Assembly (NCBI GenBank): GCA_040954595.2
Contig: CM082597.2
Coordinates: 10,013,778 to 10,077,777, forward strand
DNA length: 64,000 nucleotides
Source of the DNA: Balanoglossus misakiensis
Taxonomy: Eukaryota; Animalia; Hemichordata
Direction of reading: 5' to 3'
Made by a program: the position numbers and the translations under genes. The notes under the pieces are model-generated. The model was given only the letters and a program-made list of their open reading frames with translations. It had not been told where the DNA came from and ran no database searches. Of this stretch, positions 25,413-37,930 are shown in pieces; position 1 is the stretch's first letter; each line of letters begins with the position of its first letter.

Positions 25413-26589
25413 TACCAAAGTTTTGTTTAAATTGCTGCAAAATGTGCATATTTTGGAGCAATTTTTGCCTTTTTGATCAATTTTTTCCCCTTATAAAACC
25501 ACTTGTAAGATTGCTTTGAAATTTGGTAGGCATGTTCCTTGGAGTACCCCAAGTAAGATTTGCATGTATGTTTTTCAAATCAACTTGAATAATTCAATAG
25601 TATATTTTTGGGGTGATTTTTGCCATTTTTGGTCAAAACTCTTTCTCAGAACCCTCTACCCCATTGTTTTTGAAATTGTCATGAAGATTTACAAAACCTA
25701 TGATGAAAGTGTCAATGTTTTGAGTGGGCAATATTTTGTATTTTTGGGACATATTTTCCAATTGTGATAAAAAATTATATTTCTCAGAAAGTGTATGGCT
25801 GATTACTTTAAAATTTGAGTTGGAAGTTAATGGGATTGGCTTCTGTAGAACTATAATGGAATCAAATCATAGGTAATTCGGAACTTTTATATTTTGTCAT
25901 ACCACAAAAAATTTCATCTCAAGAAGAGCAATGGGATTGACCAATCGGCGATCGCCATTGCGATACGTCACGAATATTAACTCACCAAAGTTTATCACCA
26001 TTTGCGCGAAGCTTTTACGGTGATTTTCGGTGATTTTTGACCCTTAAGTTTGATGCATTAGGCAGTTTGGCTATATAAACAACATCCACGTCGTCTGTCA
26101 TGGCGACTAACACGAGCTGTAAATGAATAAGACTGACGATTTTTTCAACTTTGCCTGTCGTGTATGCCACCCCAAAATGAGATTTTACGAGAAGGATTTT
26201 AGAGTCTGAGATTTAACACGTAGTATTCTCTATTTACATGCGACTTATCAGAATCCATTTTGATTGTACGGCAGAGAGCATTTTCTGACTCTTAGCTTCC
26301 AATGAGGGGTCAAGGTTTCAAATAGGTGAATGGTACGCGATGGTACGTGTTTTTCCGATATCAATGCATAATGCATAGCAATTGTTTCAGTTGTCAATGT
26401 AGATACTCTGTTTATGTGTAGTCGGCCAGCTTCGACACTTGCGGGAGTTTTAGTTCTGAGAAGCTGATAGCTCTGTCACCCTGTTTCTACTTCTCTTATG
26501 CTAAGTTTTACTCGGAGTTTTATTTCACTATATGGACTCCCTTGGCTAAATTATCGTGTCTTGTAAAAATCAAGCATCTCCAAGCATGG

Positions 26590-27325
26590 CCCTGTGTACC
26601 GACTGTGTGTTCGCGGTGTTACACGGCCTCCACCACAGCCCTGCACGGCCTGTCCTGCAAAGGTCCGATAGGTCCATAGACAACACCGATGCGTGTGCGG
26701 CCCGCAGCTTTTCGGCCAAAATTTGATTTTATCGAAGCTAAATCCTTTGCCTGTCTCCTTCTACCTCCTAACCGACTCCAAATACGATGCGATTAAAGGC
26801 CCTTCTCAACAGTGGGTCAAATCTTTTGTTTCCAATTTACAGTTACGTGCTAACACAAAGGATTTCTTATTTGCCTTAAGGGGACAAAGTCTCTCTCTCG
26901 CTGCCCTTTTTCCATGATTATGTTTGATACAAGACACTGTTTATGTTATTCTGCACGTGGATATATAGTGAATCAATGTTCGACAACACACAACTTCCAT
27001 CCCATTTGTAGGATATGAGAGTAAAAACTCGCCTTAAATGAATAAATGGTAAAGACCGATTATTCATTTTGGCAAGTCTTTTCACTCTCGTGTCTACAAG
27101 CGGGGTGGAAATTGTGTGGTCAAACATTGATTCACTATATATCCATAAGTAGAATAAAATAAACGGTTTCTTGTATCGAACATAATCATGGAAAAAGGGC
27201 AGCGAGAGAGAGACTTTGTCCCTTTAATTGTTCTGCCCTAGGATCGAGAAACTGGCCTTTAACTTCTCCTAACGGAGGTGGAGGCCGTGTAATGCTGTGA
27301 AAACACACAGCCGCGTACGCTACGC
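26590..27325. mobile_element. Diverged M2-family element
   Basis: gttacacggcctccacc / ggtggaggccgtgtaa ends. Confidence 0.6.
26880..27223. mobile_element. Kolobok-like foldback MITE
   Basis: TTAA TSD; TIR RGGGACAAAGTCTCTCTCTCGCTGCCC, arms >100 bp. Confidence 0.8.
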
Positions 27326-27544
27326 TGGGCCCGGGCCTGGGGTTACTCCATGCATGGCATTGAAACGACCCCGAAGACCTCCATATATTTCTTATATTTA
27401 GTCCAGTTGCCAAATACAGATTAATGCCCTATCCCAAAATAACAGTCAGCACAATTGTTTTTTGCATTTTACTCAACCATAGCATGTCCTTAACCCAAAT
27501 CTGAATGATGCCACCTTGGCACCATTGAGGGTTTTGAGAAATCA

Positions 27545-27930
27545 GGGATGGCCACCAAGATAGCCACCAACCATGAATCAAGGCATAATTTTGGTAATAA
27601 TTGAACTACGTGTCTGCTTTTTTCTGACTATATTTGTGTTTCGGGGGCCAGTGAATCCATATTTAGCATTGGATGATGTTTAGAGTAAGGGTTTAACCAT
27701 TTAATACATGTAGTTGGGGATGTCTAGATTAAGGGTTTAAATCCAAGATGGCCGCCGAGATGGCCACCAACCATGAAACAAGGCATAATTTTGTATTAAT
27801 TGAACTACGTGTCTGCTTTTTTCTGACTATATTTCTGTTTTAGGGGCAGGATGATGTCTAGAGTAAGGGCTTAACCATTTAATAGTTGGGGTGTGTCTAG
27901 AGTAAGGGTTTAACCAGTTAATATTTGGGG
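27545..27930 (+). repeat. Two ~200-bp tandem units plus short sub-repeats
   Basis: gccaccaaccatgaa..aaggcataatttt..ttgaactacgtgtctgc at about 27562 and 27762. Confidence 0.7.
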
Positions 27931-28473
27931 GAAACAGTTTGACAAAAACAATTCTGCTTACCTTTAATGTGAAAATTGTTTATAGAAAATGATATAAAAC
28001 CAGAATTTTATTTCATCGTTATATTACAGGTGGTGCCCTGTGTAATGTCTCCGACTATGAATTAAATAGACTGATTCGCAGTTGTATGGCTTCTAACAGC
28101 TCGCCTAGTTAACTTTATTATCAACAACACAACTACTGCGCATGGGTAGATAACGTACTGCGCATGGGTAGATAACGTACTGCGCATGACATGTACAGAA
28201 TGCAGCTGGCCATACTGAAAGTACATTGTATGTTTTGTTACACGTATGGATATTACACCCTGCAAACTTTTTTTAAATTAATTCTGACCCCCCCCCCCCC
28301 CCATATATCAAATCGTCTAGCTCTAACTTGAAATAACTGTAAATGTGACTATAAATAGGCCTCATATCTTAATCCGTTCATTGTTAGGAATGAGTGATAC
28401 AAAGAAAGAACTCCGCGGCAATTTCAGAAAACATGCGTTTTACAGTACCATACCAAGGTATAACGTTTATGAA

Positions 28474-28632
28474 TGTAATATATTGCTATATATTATTGTG
28501 GGCTTATTCCTAGAGAGATTAGACAGACACAGGACATGTTCAACTGAACAACAGCCATGCTGCTTCTTTATTGCTAACTGCGCATGCTCACAAGCACAGC
28601 CTCGTACACAGCACTTTTACCAATACATAACA
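28474..28632 (-). mobile_element. 3' LTR (159 bp) of the Gypsy element
   Basis: The minus strand reads TGTTATGTATTG...CAATATATTACA and contains AATAAA. It is preceded by the PPT AAGGGGGAAGCAG (28633-28645). Confidence 0.85.
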
Positions 28633-28699
28633 CTGCTTCCCCCTTGAAATTTGGGTAGCTTATATGGTAACACAACTCAACAGGAAACACTTCACAGAT

Positions 28700-31180
28700 C
28701 AAGTCTTACAACAGGCTTTCTCACTCTCTGAGACCTTCTAAGAGGTACACTTTCTGGAGTAGTATTTGAAACCTCTGTACTGACTTTTCTGTTTTGAAAC
28801 TCTCAATAGCAACATTTGAACTTTGTTTCACTGGTGAATGATCAATGCTTTCAGAAGGAATATTTCCCTTAGTGTGAACAGCATCATTCTCAATGAACTC
28901 GGGTACAACAACTTCTGGTTCATTAACATAATCAGGTATTTTGTCATGTGCTCTAATCAAATGATCAGTATGAACAAATCTCATCGAATGACCAATTCTA
29001 ACAACATAACGTCGTGGTCCACATACTTTCACAATAGTGCCTGGGATCCATTTCTCCAGCTTCGAATTTTGTCTTTTGTTTCGTACACGAACTCTATCAT
29101 ACATCTGAAAGGTTCTATCATTGGCAGATGTGTCATGATATTGCTTTTGTTTCTCTTGTTTCTTTTCAACCATCTGTGCAAGATTTAGGTTTAACCAAAC
29201 TCAATCTGCTTCGCAAAATTCTCTTTACCATCATTTCAGCTGGACTGACACTAGTAACACGATGTGGTGTTATTCTATATCTCAGTAAGAAATTTGCAAG
29301 TCGGTGTTTCATGGACATTCCCTTTATACCATGAAAAACTTGTTTCAACAATGCCTCCGTGACAATTCTCACTGATCTCTCTGCTGCCCCATTTGACTGT
29401 GGGTGGTAGGGCGGAACTAAAGTATGCTTTTTATACCATTCTTACTCATAAACTCTGCAAACTCTGCTGAAGTAAATTGTGGTCCATTATCTGACACAAA
29501 TTCTTCAGGCAGACAATGATTCGCAAAAATCAAACGCAACTCGTCAATTGTACGATCACTTGTGGTTGAAGTCGTATGTTTCGCCTCAATCCACTTTGAG
29601 TGACTGTCAACTAATATCAAAAAGTAATCAGTGCCTTTCTGACAGAAATCAATATGTACACGTTGAAATGGGCGTGTTGGCCATTCCATGGTATCAATGG
29701 AGCACTAGATGGAGCACTCCTCACACTCTGACAAACAATGCAAACTTTCACCGTTTTCTCAATTTCCTCATCCATTCGAGGCCACCAAACACATGTACGC
29801 GCAATTGCTTTCATACTACACACACCTGGGTGTTCCCAGTGTAATTCACTCAACATTTTCTCTTGGAAAACTGCTGGAATTATAACCCTGGTTCCCCAAA
29901 GTACACAGCGTTGTCATGCCGTCTACTGTGATATGGTTTCATTGACTCATCAATACAATGCTCAGGCCAACCAGTCATTACAAACTGATGAACTCGACTC
30001 AACACTGGATCAGTGCATGTTGCCTTTGCAATGTCAGCTGCTGTAATTGGAAAATCATCATCCACAGCCCTTACTGTATATATCCTACTCTCACTAGCTA
30101 CATTGGAAATGTCATGTGGTAAACGTGAAAGAGCATCACAATTTGCATGATCTTCTGATCTCCTATACTCTATCTCATAGTCGTAGGCTGATAATATCAA
30201 TGCCCATCTCTGCATGCGTGCTGCAGCTAAAGTAGGAATAGCTGATTTTGGACCTACATGTAAAAGTGCCAACAACGGTTTATGGTCAGTAATCAAAGTG
30301 AACTTACGACCGTATAGCAACTGGTGAAATTTCTTCACTCCAAATACAATAGACAATGCTTCACGTTCGATCTGCGCTTAATTCTTTTCGCTAGCGTTCA
30401 AGCTGTGCGATGCATATGCAATAGGTCTCTCTTGACCATTATCCATCACATGGCTAATCACGGCACCTAGTCCATAACTAGACGCGTCACAGGCTAGTCT
30501 CAGTTCGCGATTTGTATCATAATGCACTTATAAAGCATCACTGGACAGACCGTTTTTACACGGATCATACGCCTTCTGGCAATCAGATGTCCATTTCCAC
30601 TTGACATCCTTTCTGAGCAACACGTGTAATGGTGCTAGTATAGTAGCAAGATCTGGCAGAAATGAATGGTATATTGAACCATGCCTAGGAAAGATCTCAA
30701 CTCGTGAACATTTCTGGGAATAGACAGCTTCAGATTTTAGGAATTTACATTTATCCAATTTCAGATGAATATTGTGTCGATCCAATCTTTGCAACACTTC
30801 ATCAAGGATATGGAGGTTTTCTTGCCAATTTTCTCCGCCAAGAAGTATGTCATCTTGTTTACATACACATTTTTCAACTCCTTGCAAAATTTGATCCATT
30901 TTTGCCTGAAATATCTTGGGTGCGGATTTTACCCCATAAAGCAATTTGGTATATGAATACAACCCTTTATGAGTGTTAATTGTGAGGTACCCCTCCCTGA
31001 CTCTCCTTATCAACACTAAGTTGTGCGTATGCATGTGACAAATCAAGTTTTGTGAAAACTTTGGACCCAGCTAATTCAGCATACAAATCTTGAGTAGTGG
31101 GAAGTGGATACTGCTCATCCTCTACAGCTTGGTTTATGGTAACCTTGTAGTCACCACATATTCTCACAGACTTGTCGGCC
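28700..31180 (-). mobile_element. Ty3/Gypsy pol (RT-RNaseH-integrase), frameshifted
   Basis: RICGDYK, KLDLSHAYAQL, YGVKSAPKIFQ, QDDILL, TDHKPL, HANCDALSRLP, HPGV...VWWP...C..C, HIDF, SDNGPQF, GP(R)RY. Confidence 0.95.
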
Positions 31181-32451
31181 TTTATTATTATTATTATTAT
31201 TATTATTTTATCTTTATTTCAGATTATAAAATAATCCATAGCAAAACAAAACACCATAAAAACATCAAAACAATCGTCTACTCCAAACCTTCCAAAGTTT
31301 ACTATTTGAGAACACTGATAGTGATAAAACACTGGCTACAAGTGGATTACTTGAGAGGTGGAGTCTGCTTAAAAAGCTGAATAATTTTTTCCGGAGTATT
31401 TCATCAAAAGTTAAAATACAAAGATTAACAAACATCGCACTGTTGCTCTGAATAAAAGAATGTTTAAAACCAGACAATTTACGGAAAACCTGGGAGTAAG
31501 CTCTCCTAACTGCATTGAAAATACACACAGAAAAAGCACTCCATAAGTAAGAGCAATACGGGATATCACAAAATACAGAAAACAAATGACATTTAACAGA
31601 GATAGACGCAAATTTAAAATCACGAATAATAGCATTACCGCGAACATAAAATTGTCGAGTTTGAGCTAAAATGTCCGCATTATCCCTAAGGTCACAAGTG
31701 ATAAGGTGACCAAGATATTTATAAACATTGACATAATTCAGCATTCAGCCGTTCAGATAAATTGGAACGTGTCTGAGCCTGCGCATACTGGTAGAGTTGA
31801 CTTTTCAGAGCCCTCTGACTCAGAGCCCCTCAGAGCCCTCTGAAGTTTCAGAACCTCAGAACCCGGACCTCAGAATTCTTGTTGACCTCAGATATAACCC
31901 AAAAATGTACCTGTATAATTAAATATAACGATTACAAATGGGTATATTATATGTCATGTTGCTAAAATTACTCCCGCTGAAAATACGACGTACTACATTG
32001 TATGGCAAGTGCGAGGTCGTGACTGCCTATTGCCATATTTGTTTTCGAAGTTTATGTCGATTTCAGATTCGGATTCAGCCACTGATTCCGATTCACCAGT
32101 AACGCGTTTTCTTTTCTTATTTCCTTGCAAATATGAAAGTATTTTGTAGCACACGACAAACTAAAAAACAATTAATACATAGATAATAAAGTTCCTTCAC
32201 TTGCAGTGATCTTTCACCGCCAGGCATTTGTATTCAACCTGTCCCCCATTATATATCAGTGGGAAGGGCAATGTTATGATTTATTTGTGCAGCGGTGAAT
32301 TATCATTGTGGTAATATTGATCATGCAGATATGATGTGGCTATTATAACAAGAAAACTTTCTTCAGAAACTTGTTTTCATTGCCTAGATTATTTTTTATC
32401 AAAAGTGATTTGATATTATTCATGTTTACATATTATGTATGTATTTATTGT

Positions 32452-33975
32452 TTTTAGGTCCCATTGGTATAGGCCTATATACCATGGGACCTTATGGGAT
32501 GGGTTGCGTCTGTATGTATGTATGGATGGATGGATGGATGGATGTATGTATGGATGTATGGATGTATGTCCGTCCACATCAAAAACTTGAAAACCGCTGC
32601 GCGTATCACCTCAATATTTGGTGTGTAGGTGCAGGCAGGGCTGTAGATGGGAGTTTGTCCAAACGAAGTTGCCAGGCCCAAAAATATGCAAATTAGCTTG
32701 TAAAATGTGAAATTGATCAAAACTCTGTAAGTCAACAATTACTGGTCAGATTGCTTTGAAAATTGGTATGCATGTACCTTATGTCAACCTCACACCGACC
32801 TGTAAGTGTTAAGTTGATATCATGGATGTTTTATTTTTTATGAATTTTTTAGTCTTTTTATTAAATTTATACCTTTACTTATACCTCTATGGTTAAGCTA
32901 TGTCCACGTCTTATTGTGGAATTCTGGTCTGTGCAATAGTCCTGTACAGTGACTGTCTATTGGTCAGTGAGCACAATGGGGCCAAAATAAAAGGCAAATT
33001 TTTGGGCTCACCTGTAACACCTGCTTAACACATTAATTATGTGCATACCTAATTCCGGGCTAACTAATAGGGCTAGAGGTTTCGTTCTTGTGGGACATGG
33101 ACCAGTATAGGGTCAAAATTTCTTGCCCAAATTTTGGGTGACCTCAGGTGACCTTTGACCTACTTTCCTATATCTCGGCATCCAGAGCAGGTACAGACTT
33201 GGCGTTTGGAGGGTTGGGACTAAAATTGAAAAGCCAAAATATGGGTCACCTGTGACACCTGCATATCTCATTAATTATGTGCATACCTAATTCCGGGCTA
33301 ACCAATAGGGCTATAGGTTTGGTTTTTGTTGAACATGGACCAGTATAGGGTCAAAATTTCTTGCCCAAATTTTGCATGACCTCAGGTGACCTTTGACCTA
33401 CTTTTCCATATCTTGGCATCCAGAGCAGGTACAGACCTGGCGTTTGGAGGGTTGGGACTAAAATTGAAAAGCCAAAATTGGGGGTCACCTGTGACACCTG
33501 CATATCTCATTAATTATGTGCATACCTAATTCCAGGCTAACCAATAAGGCTTTAGGTTTGTTTTTTGTTGAACATGGACCTGTATAAGGTCAAATTTTCT
33601 TGCCCAAATTTTGCATGACCTCAGGTGACCTTTGACCTACTTTATCATATCTTGGCATCCAGAGCAGGTACAGACTTCGCATTTGGAGGGTTGGGACTAA
33701 AATTGAAAAGCCAAAATTGGGGTTCACCTGTGACACCTGCATATCTCATTAATTATGTGCATACCTAATTCCAGGCTAACCAATAGGGCTATAGGTTTGG
33801 TTTTTGTTGAACATGGACCAGTATAGGGTCAAAATTTCTTGCCCAAATTTTGCATGCCCTCAGGTGACCTTTGACCTACTTTTCCATATCTTTGCATCCA
33901 GGGCAGATATGCTTATTGCTATGTTGCTATGTGCTATGTCCTCAAATGGGACCACAGTGTCCTTGACGCTATTTT
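32452..33975 (+). mobile_element. HINE N2 copy with ~3.6 x 239-bp array
   Basis: Same termini and core as 21455-24558. Confidence 0.85.
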
Positions 33976-34209
33976 TTCTTGTTTTAGAATAAACTCTTTG
34001 AAATTTAACTGCTTGTTTGTAAATTTTTAGCAAGAAATATATACGCATTTGACATACAGCAAACCTATAGTAATAATCCTAATGGAAGGAGAATAAGCGC
34101 AGTGTGTGAGGACACAAAGTTTGTCAAAAAGTCATTAATTTGAATGCCTGGCAAATCCAAAATGTTTTCCATGGGCTTTATTCTGATGGACAAATAATTA
34201 AATTCTTAA

Positions 34210-36781
34210 AGGTGGCATTGCATGAAAAGTTGTGATTTTTGCCAAATTTACTTTTTTAGGTCCCATTGGTATAGGCATATATACCATGGGACCTTATGGG
34301 ATCGGTTGCGTCTGTATGTATGTATGGTTGTATGGATGTATGGATGTATGTCTGTATGTCCGTCCACATCAAAAACTTGAAAACCGCTGCGCGTATCACC
34401 TCAATATTTGGTGTGTAGGTGCAGGCTGGGCTGTAGATGGGAGTTTGTCCAAACGAAGTTGCCTGGCCCAAAAATATGCAAATTAGCTGGAAAAATGTGA
34501 AATTTATCAAAACTCTGAAAGTCAACAACTACTCGTCAGATTGCTTTAAAAATTGGTATGCATGTACCTTATGTCAACCTCACATCGACCTGTAAGTGTT
34601 AAGTTAATATCATCGATGTTTTATTTTTTATGAATTTTTTAGTCTTTTTATTAAATTTATACCTTTACTTATACCTCTATGGTTAAGCTATGTCCACGTC
34701 TTATTGTGGAATTCTGGTCTGTGCAATAGTCCTGTACAGTGACTGTCTATTGGTCAGTGAGCACAATGGGGCCAAAATAAAAGGCAAAATTTTGGGCTCA
34801 CCTGTAACACCTGCTTAACACATTAATTATGTGCATACCTAATTCCGGGCTAACTAATAGGGCTAGAGGTTTCGTTCTTATGGGACATGGACCAGTATAG
34901 GGTCAAAATTTCTTGCCCAAATTTTGGGTGACCTCAGGTGACCTTTGACCTACTTTCCTATATCTCGGAATCCAGAGCAGGTACAGACTTGGCGTTTGGA
35001 GGGTTGGGACTAAAATTGAAAAGCTAAAATTGGGGGGTCACCTGTGACACCTGCATATCTCATTAATTATGTGCATACCTAATTCCAGGCTAACCAATAG
35101 GGCTATAGGTTTGGTTTTTGTTGAACATAGACAAGTATAAGGTCAAAATTTCTTGCCCAAATTTTGCATGACCTCAGGTGACCTTTGACCTACTTTATAA
35201 TATCTTGGCATCCAGAGCAGGTACAGACTTGGCGTTTGGAGGGTTGGGACTAAAATTGAAAAGCCAAAATTGGGGGGTCACCTGTGACACCTGCATATCT
35301 CATTAATTATGTGCATACCTAATTCCAGGCTAACCAATAGGGCTATAGGTTTGGTTTTTGTTGAACATTGACCAGTATAAGGTCAAAATTTCTTGCCCAA
35401 ATTTTGCATGACCTCAGGTGACCTTTGACCTACTTTATAATATCTTGGCATCCAGAGCAGGTACAGACTTGGCGTTTGGAGGGTTGGGACTAAAATTGAA
35501 AAGCCAAAATTGGGGGTCACCTGTGACACCTGCATATCTCATTAATTATGTGCATACCTAATTCCAGGCTTACCAATAGGGCTATAGGTTTGGTTTTTGT
35601 TGAACCTGGCCCAGTATAGGGTCAAAATTTCTTGCCCAAATTTTGCATGACCTCAGGTGACCTTTGACCTACTTTATCATATCTTGGCATCCAGAGCAGG
35701 TACAGACTTGGCGTTTGGAGGGTTGGGACTAAAATTGAAAAGCCAAAATTTGGGGTCACCTGTGACACCTGCATATCTCATTAATTATGTGCATACCTAA
35801 TTCCAGGCTAACCAATAGGGCTATAGGTTTGGTTTTTGTTGAACATGGACCAGTATAGGGTCAAAATTTCTTGCCCAAATTTTGCATAACCTCAGGTGAC
35901 CTTTGACCTACTTTTCCATATCTTGGCATCCAGAGCAGATATGCTTATTGCTATGTTGCTATGTGGTATGTTGGCTTAGGCACGATATTGCTGCTTGCAG
36001 ATCTGCTTGCAATGTCACCTGTAATTTTTATTCTTGTATGTCACTGTTTCCGCATAATCCTCAAATGGGACCACAGTGTCCTTGACGCTATTTTTTACAT
36101 AAATCGGTAGGTCTAATACTGTTTCACATTCTGACAAATGCGTCTTGGCGGAAATGGTGCATAATCACCCAAAAATAGCACTTTTCTGAATGAGTCCACA
36201 GCTTAAGAAATCGGTGTCAACAATGCAAATTGCCATTTTTCTCAGTTTGCATTTTCGCTGCTCTTAACAACTTTTTAGTTGTCAAGAATTTAGCTTCGCT
36301 CTGCGTTGGCCGAATTTGCTCAAATTTTAACAGGGGATTGTGTATGACCCATCTAACAAAACAATTTTTTTTAGTCGATAAAGTGTCCTTGGCGGGAATA
36401 AAATCTGATTCAATACAACTCATTGTGAATTTGATCAAAAATCTAACTTGCAAACACTGTTACTCCTCAATGGAAGCAGATAACGCTAAACTAAATTTTG
36501 TTTTTTTGCATGTGTACTCTAGTTTCGAATGACATACTAAGATGCATGATGCATGGTCAACCGTTTTACCTAATTTCAATTGAATGACATAATATCAAAA
36601 AAATGCTTTTTTTAACCCAAAAACGCCACCATTTCCGGGGGTCAATGAAATGTGCAACTCAAACAAAAGTTCAAAAACTCAGCTTCCAGAATATGTATGG
36701 TTTATAGGGGTTTTAAAAATTATTGTCTTTGAAGAGAAATAGGTCTCTGAAAAAGTCTTGATGGTTTCGTGCAATACCACA
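34210..36781. mobile_element. Kolobok-like element hosting a HINE
   Basis: TTAA-AGGTGGCATTGCA ... TGCAATACCACA-TTAA. The right part recurs at 63820-63962. Confidence 0.6.
34253..36095 (+). mobile_element. HINE N2 copy with ~4.6 x 240-bp array
   Basis: Same termini and core as the other N2 copies. Confidence 0.85.
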
Positions 36782-37223
36782 TTAAGTATTGAATTGATTT
36801 CCAAATTCTCTTCTTTTGGTGTTTCTTCTTGCGATTTATTTTGTCGTGTGCTACAAAATACGTTTATATTTGTAATGCAATGCAAGCAAAAAAAGAAAAG
36901 TAACGCGTTACTGGTGAATCGGAATCCCTGGCTGAATCGGAATCTGAAATCGACATAAACTTTGAAAACAAATATGGCGGGTAATAGGCAGTCACGATCT
37001 CGCACTTGCCATATAACGTAGTACGTCGTATTTTCTGCGGGAGTAATTTTGGCAACATTGCACCTATTTGTAATCGTTATATAATTATACAGGTAAATTT
37101 TGGGATTATACCTGAGGTCAACAAGAATTCTGAGGTCCGGGTTCTGAGGTTCTGAAACTTCAGAGGGCTCTGAGGGGCTCTGAGTCAGAGGGCTCTGAAA
37201 AGTCAACTCTACCTGCGCATACT

Positions 37224-37930
37224 TATATATAATTCCCCCGTATTTCGAACGAGTGTGCCTGCGTCGCGGACGAGTGATTCCCCGTATAGCGGCCGTACAG
37301 CTATACGGGGAATCACGAGTTCGCGACGCAGGTACACGAGTGAGGAATACGGGGGAATTATATGTTTATCACATACATATATCCGTCATTTTGATTTTCA
37401 AATAAATCTCTTTGTGGTTGCGATAAAATTTGGAACTATTTTGAGCAAAATTGAAGATCGATGTTATGCGGTCTATCTGTCAGGTGACTCAGGTCACGAC
37501 CTGGACGATTCTGGTTTTGGCGAGGACCCATCTGTCGTGCGTCAGCTGGATTTCGTCGTCCGTCAAGGTTTCACTGGAGCAGGAAACCTTTCTTATGCCT
37601 TTTGCTTTATGACTAGACCGTTTTGCTCTAATCGTCGCATCAAAATTTTGGCGAATACTCAGTTTTGTACCTGTCGCTCGTTCGACAATGCGACGACATT
37701 GGCTCAGCACTGTCCACCTCGCGACAGTTTTGGTGCCGGTTGGTGCGATAAAAATGTACATAAAACCAACAATTGCACTGAATTTTGTCGCCCTAAGGGG
37801 ACTTTGTTTACAAGTTTAAAATAGTTCCGTTTGGTGACGTCAGAGGGATGGGTATTACAATAACGCTTGGTGCAAATTTACCTACGTCTGACGTCATACT
37901 ATGGTATATGCGGAGCTATGTATATGATAA
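37224..37930 (+). mobile_element. Crypton-like hairpin element family X4 with putative recombinase relic
   Basis: Hairpin at 37226-37363 with CGAG/CGAG twice. Inverted pair TTATCACATACATA/TATGTATATGATAA. Minus-strand relic AKRSSHKAKGIRKVSCSSETLTDDEI. Confidence 0.65.

Larger units (their letters stand above)
31790..37213. mobile_element. MULE/Foldback-like element with ~370-bp TIRs and 10-bp TSD
   Basis: TIR GGTAGAGTTGACTTTTCAGAGCCC. TSD TGCGCATACT (31780-31789 and 37214-37223). Confidence 0.92.

Noticed and set aside
28115-28167. 21-bp tandem duplication (ctgcgcatgggtagataacgta)
   Set aside because: Ordinary local slippage with no further structure.
23291-35940. Regularly spaced repeats as a CRISPR-like array
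   Set aside because: Whole ~240-bp units repeat, with no unique spacers and no cas genes, in a eukaryotic context.
36679-37206. 175-aa ORF in the MULE TIR as a transposase
   Set aside because: No DDE, Zn-finger or other motif; it lies within the terminal repeat.
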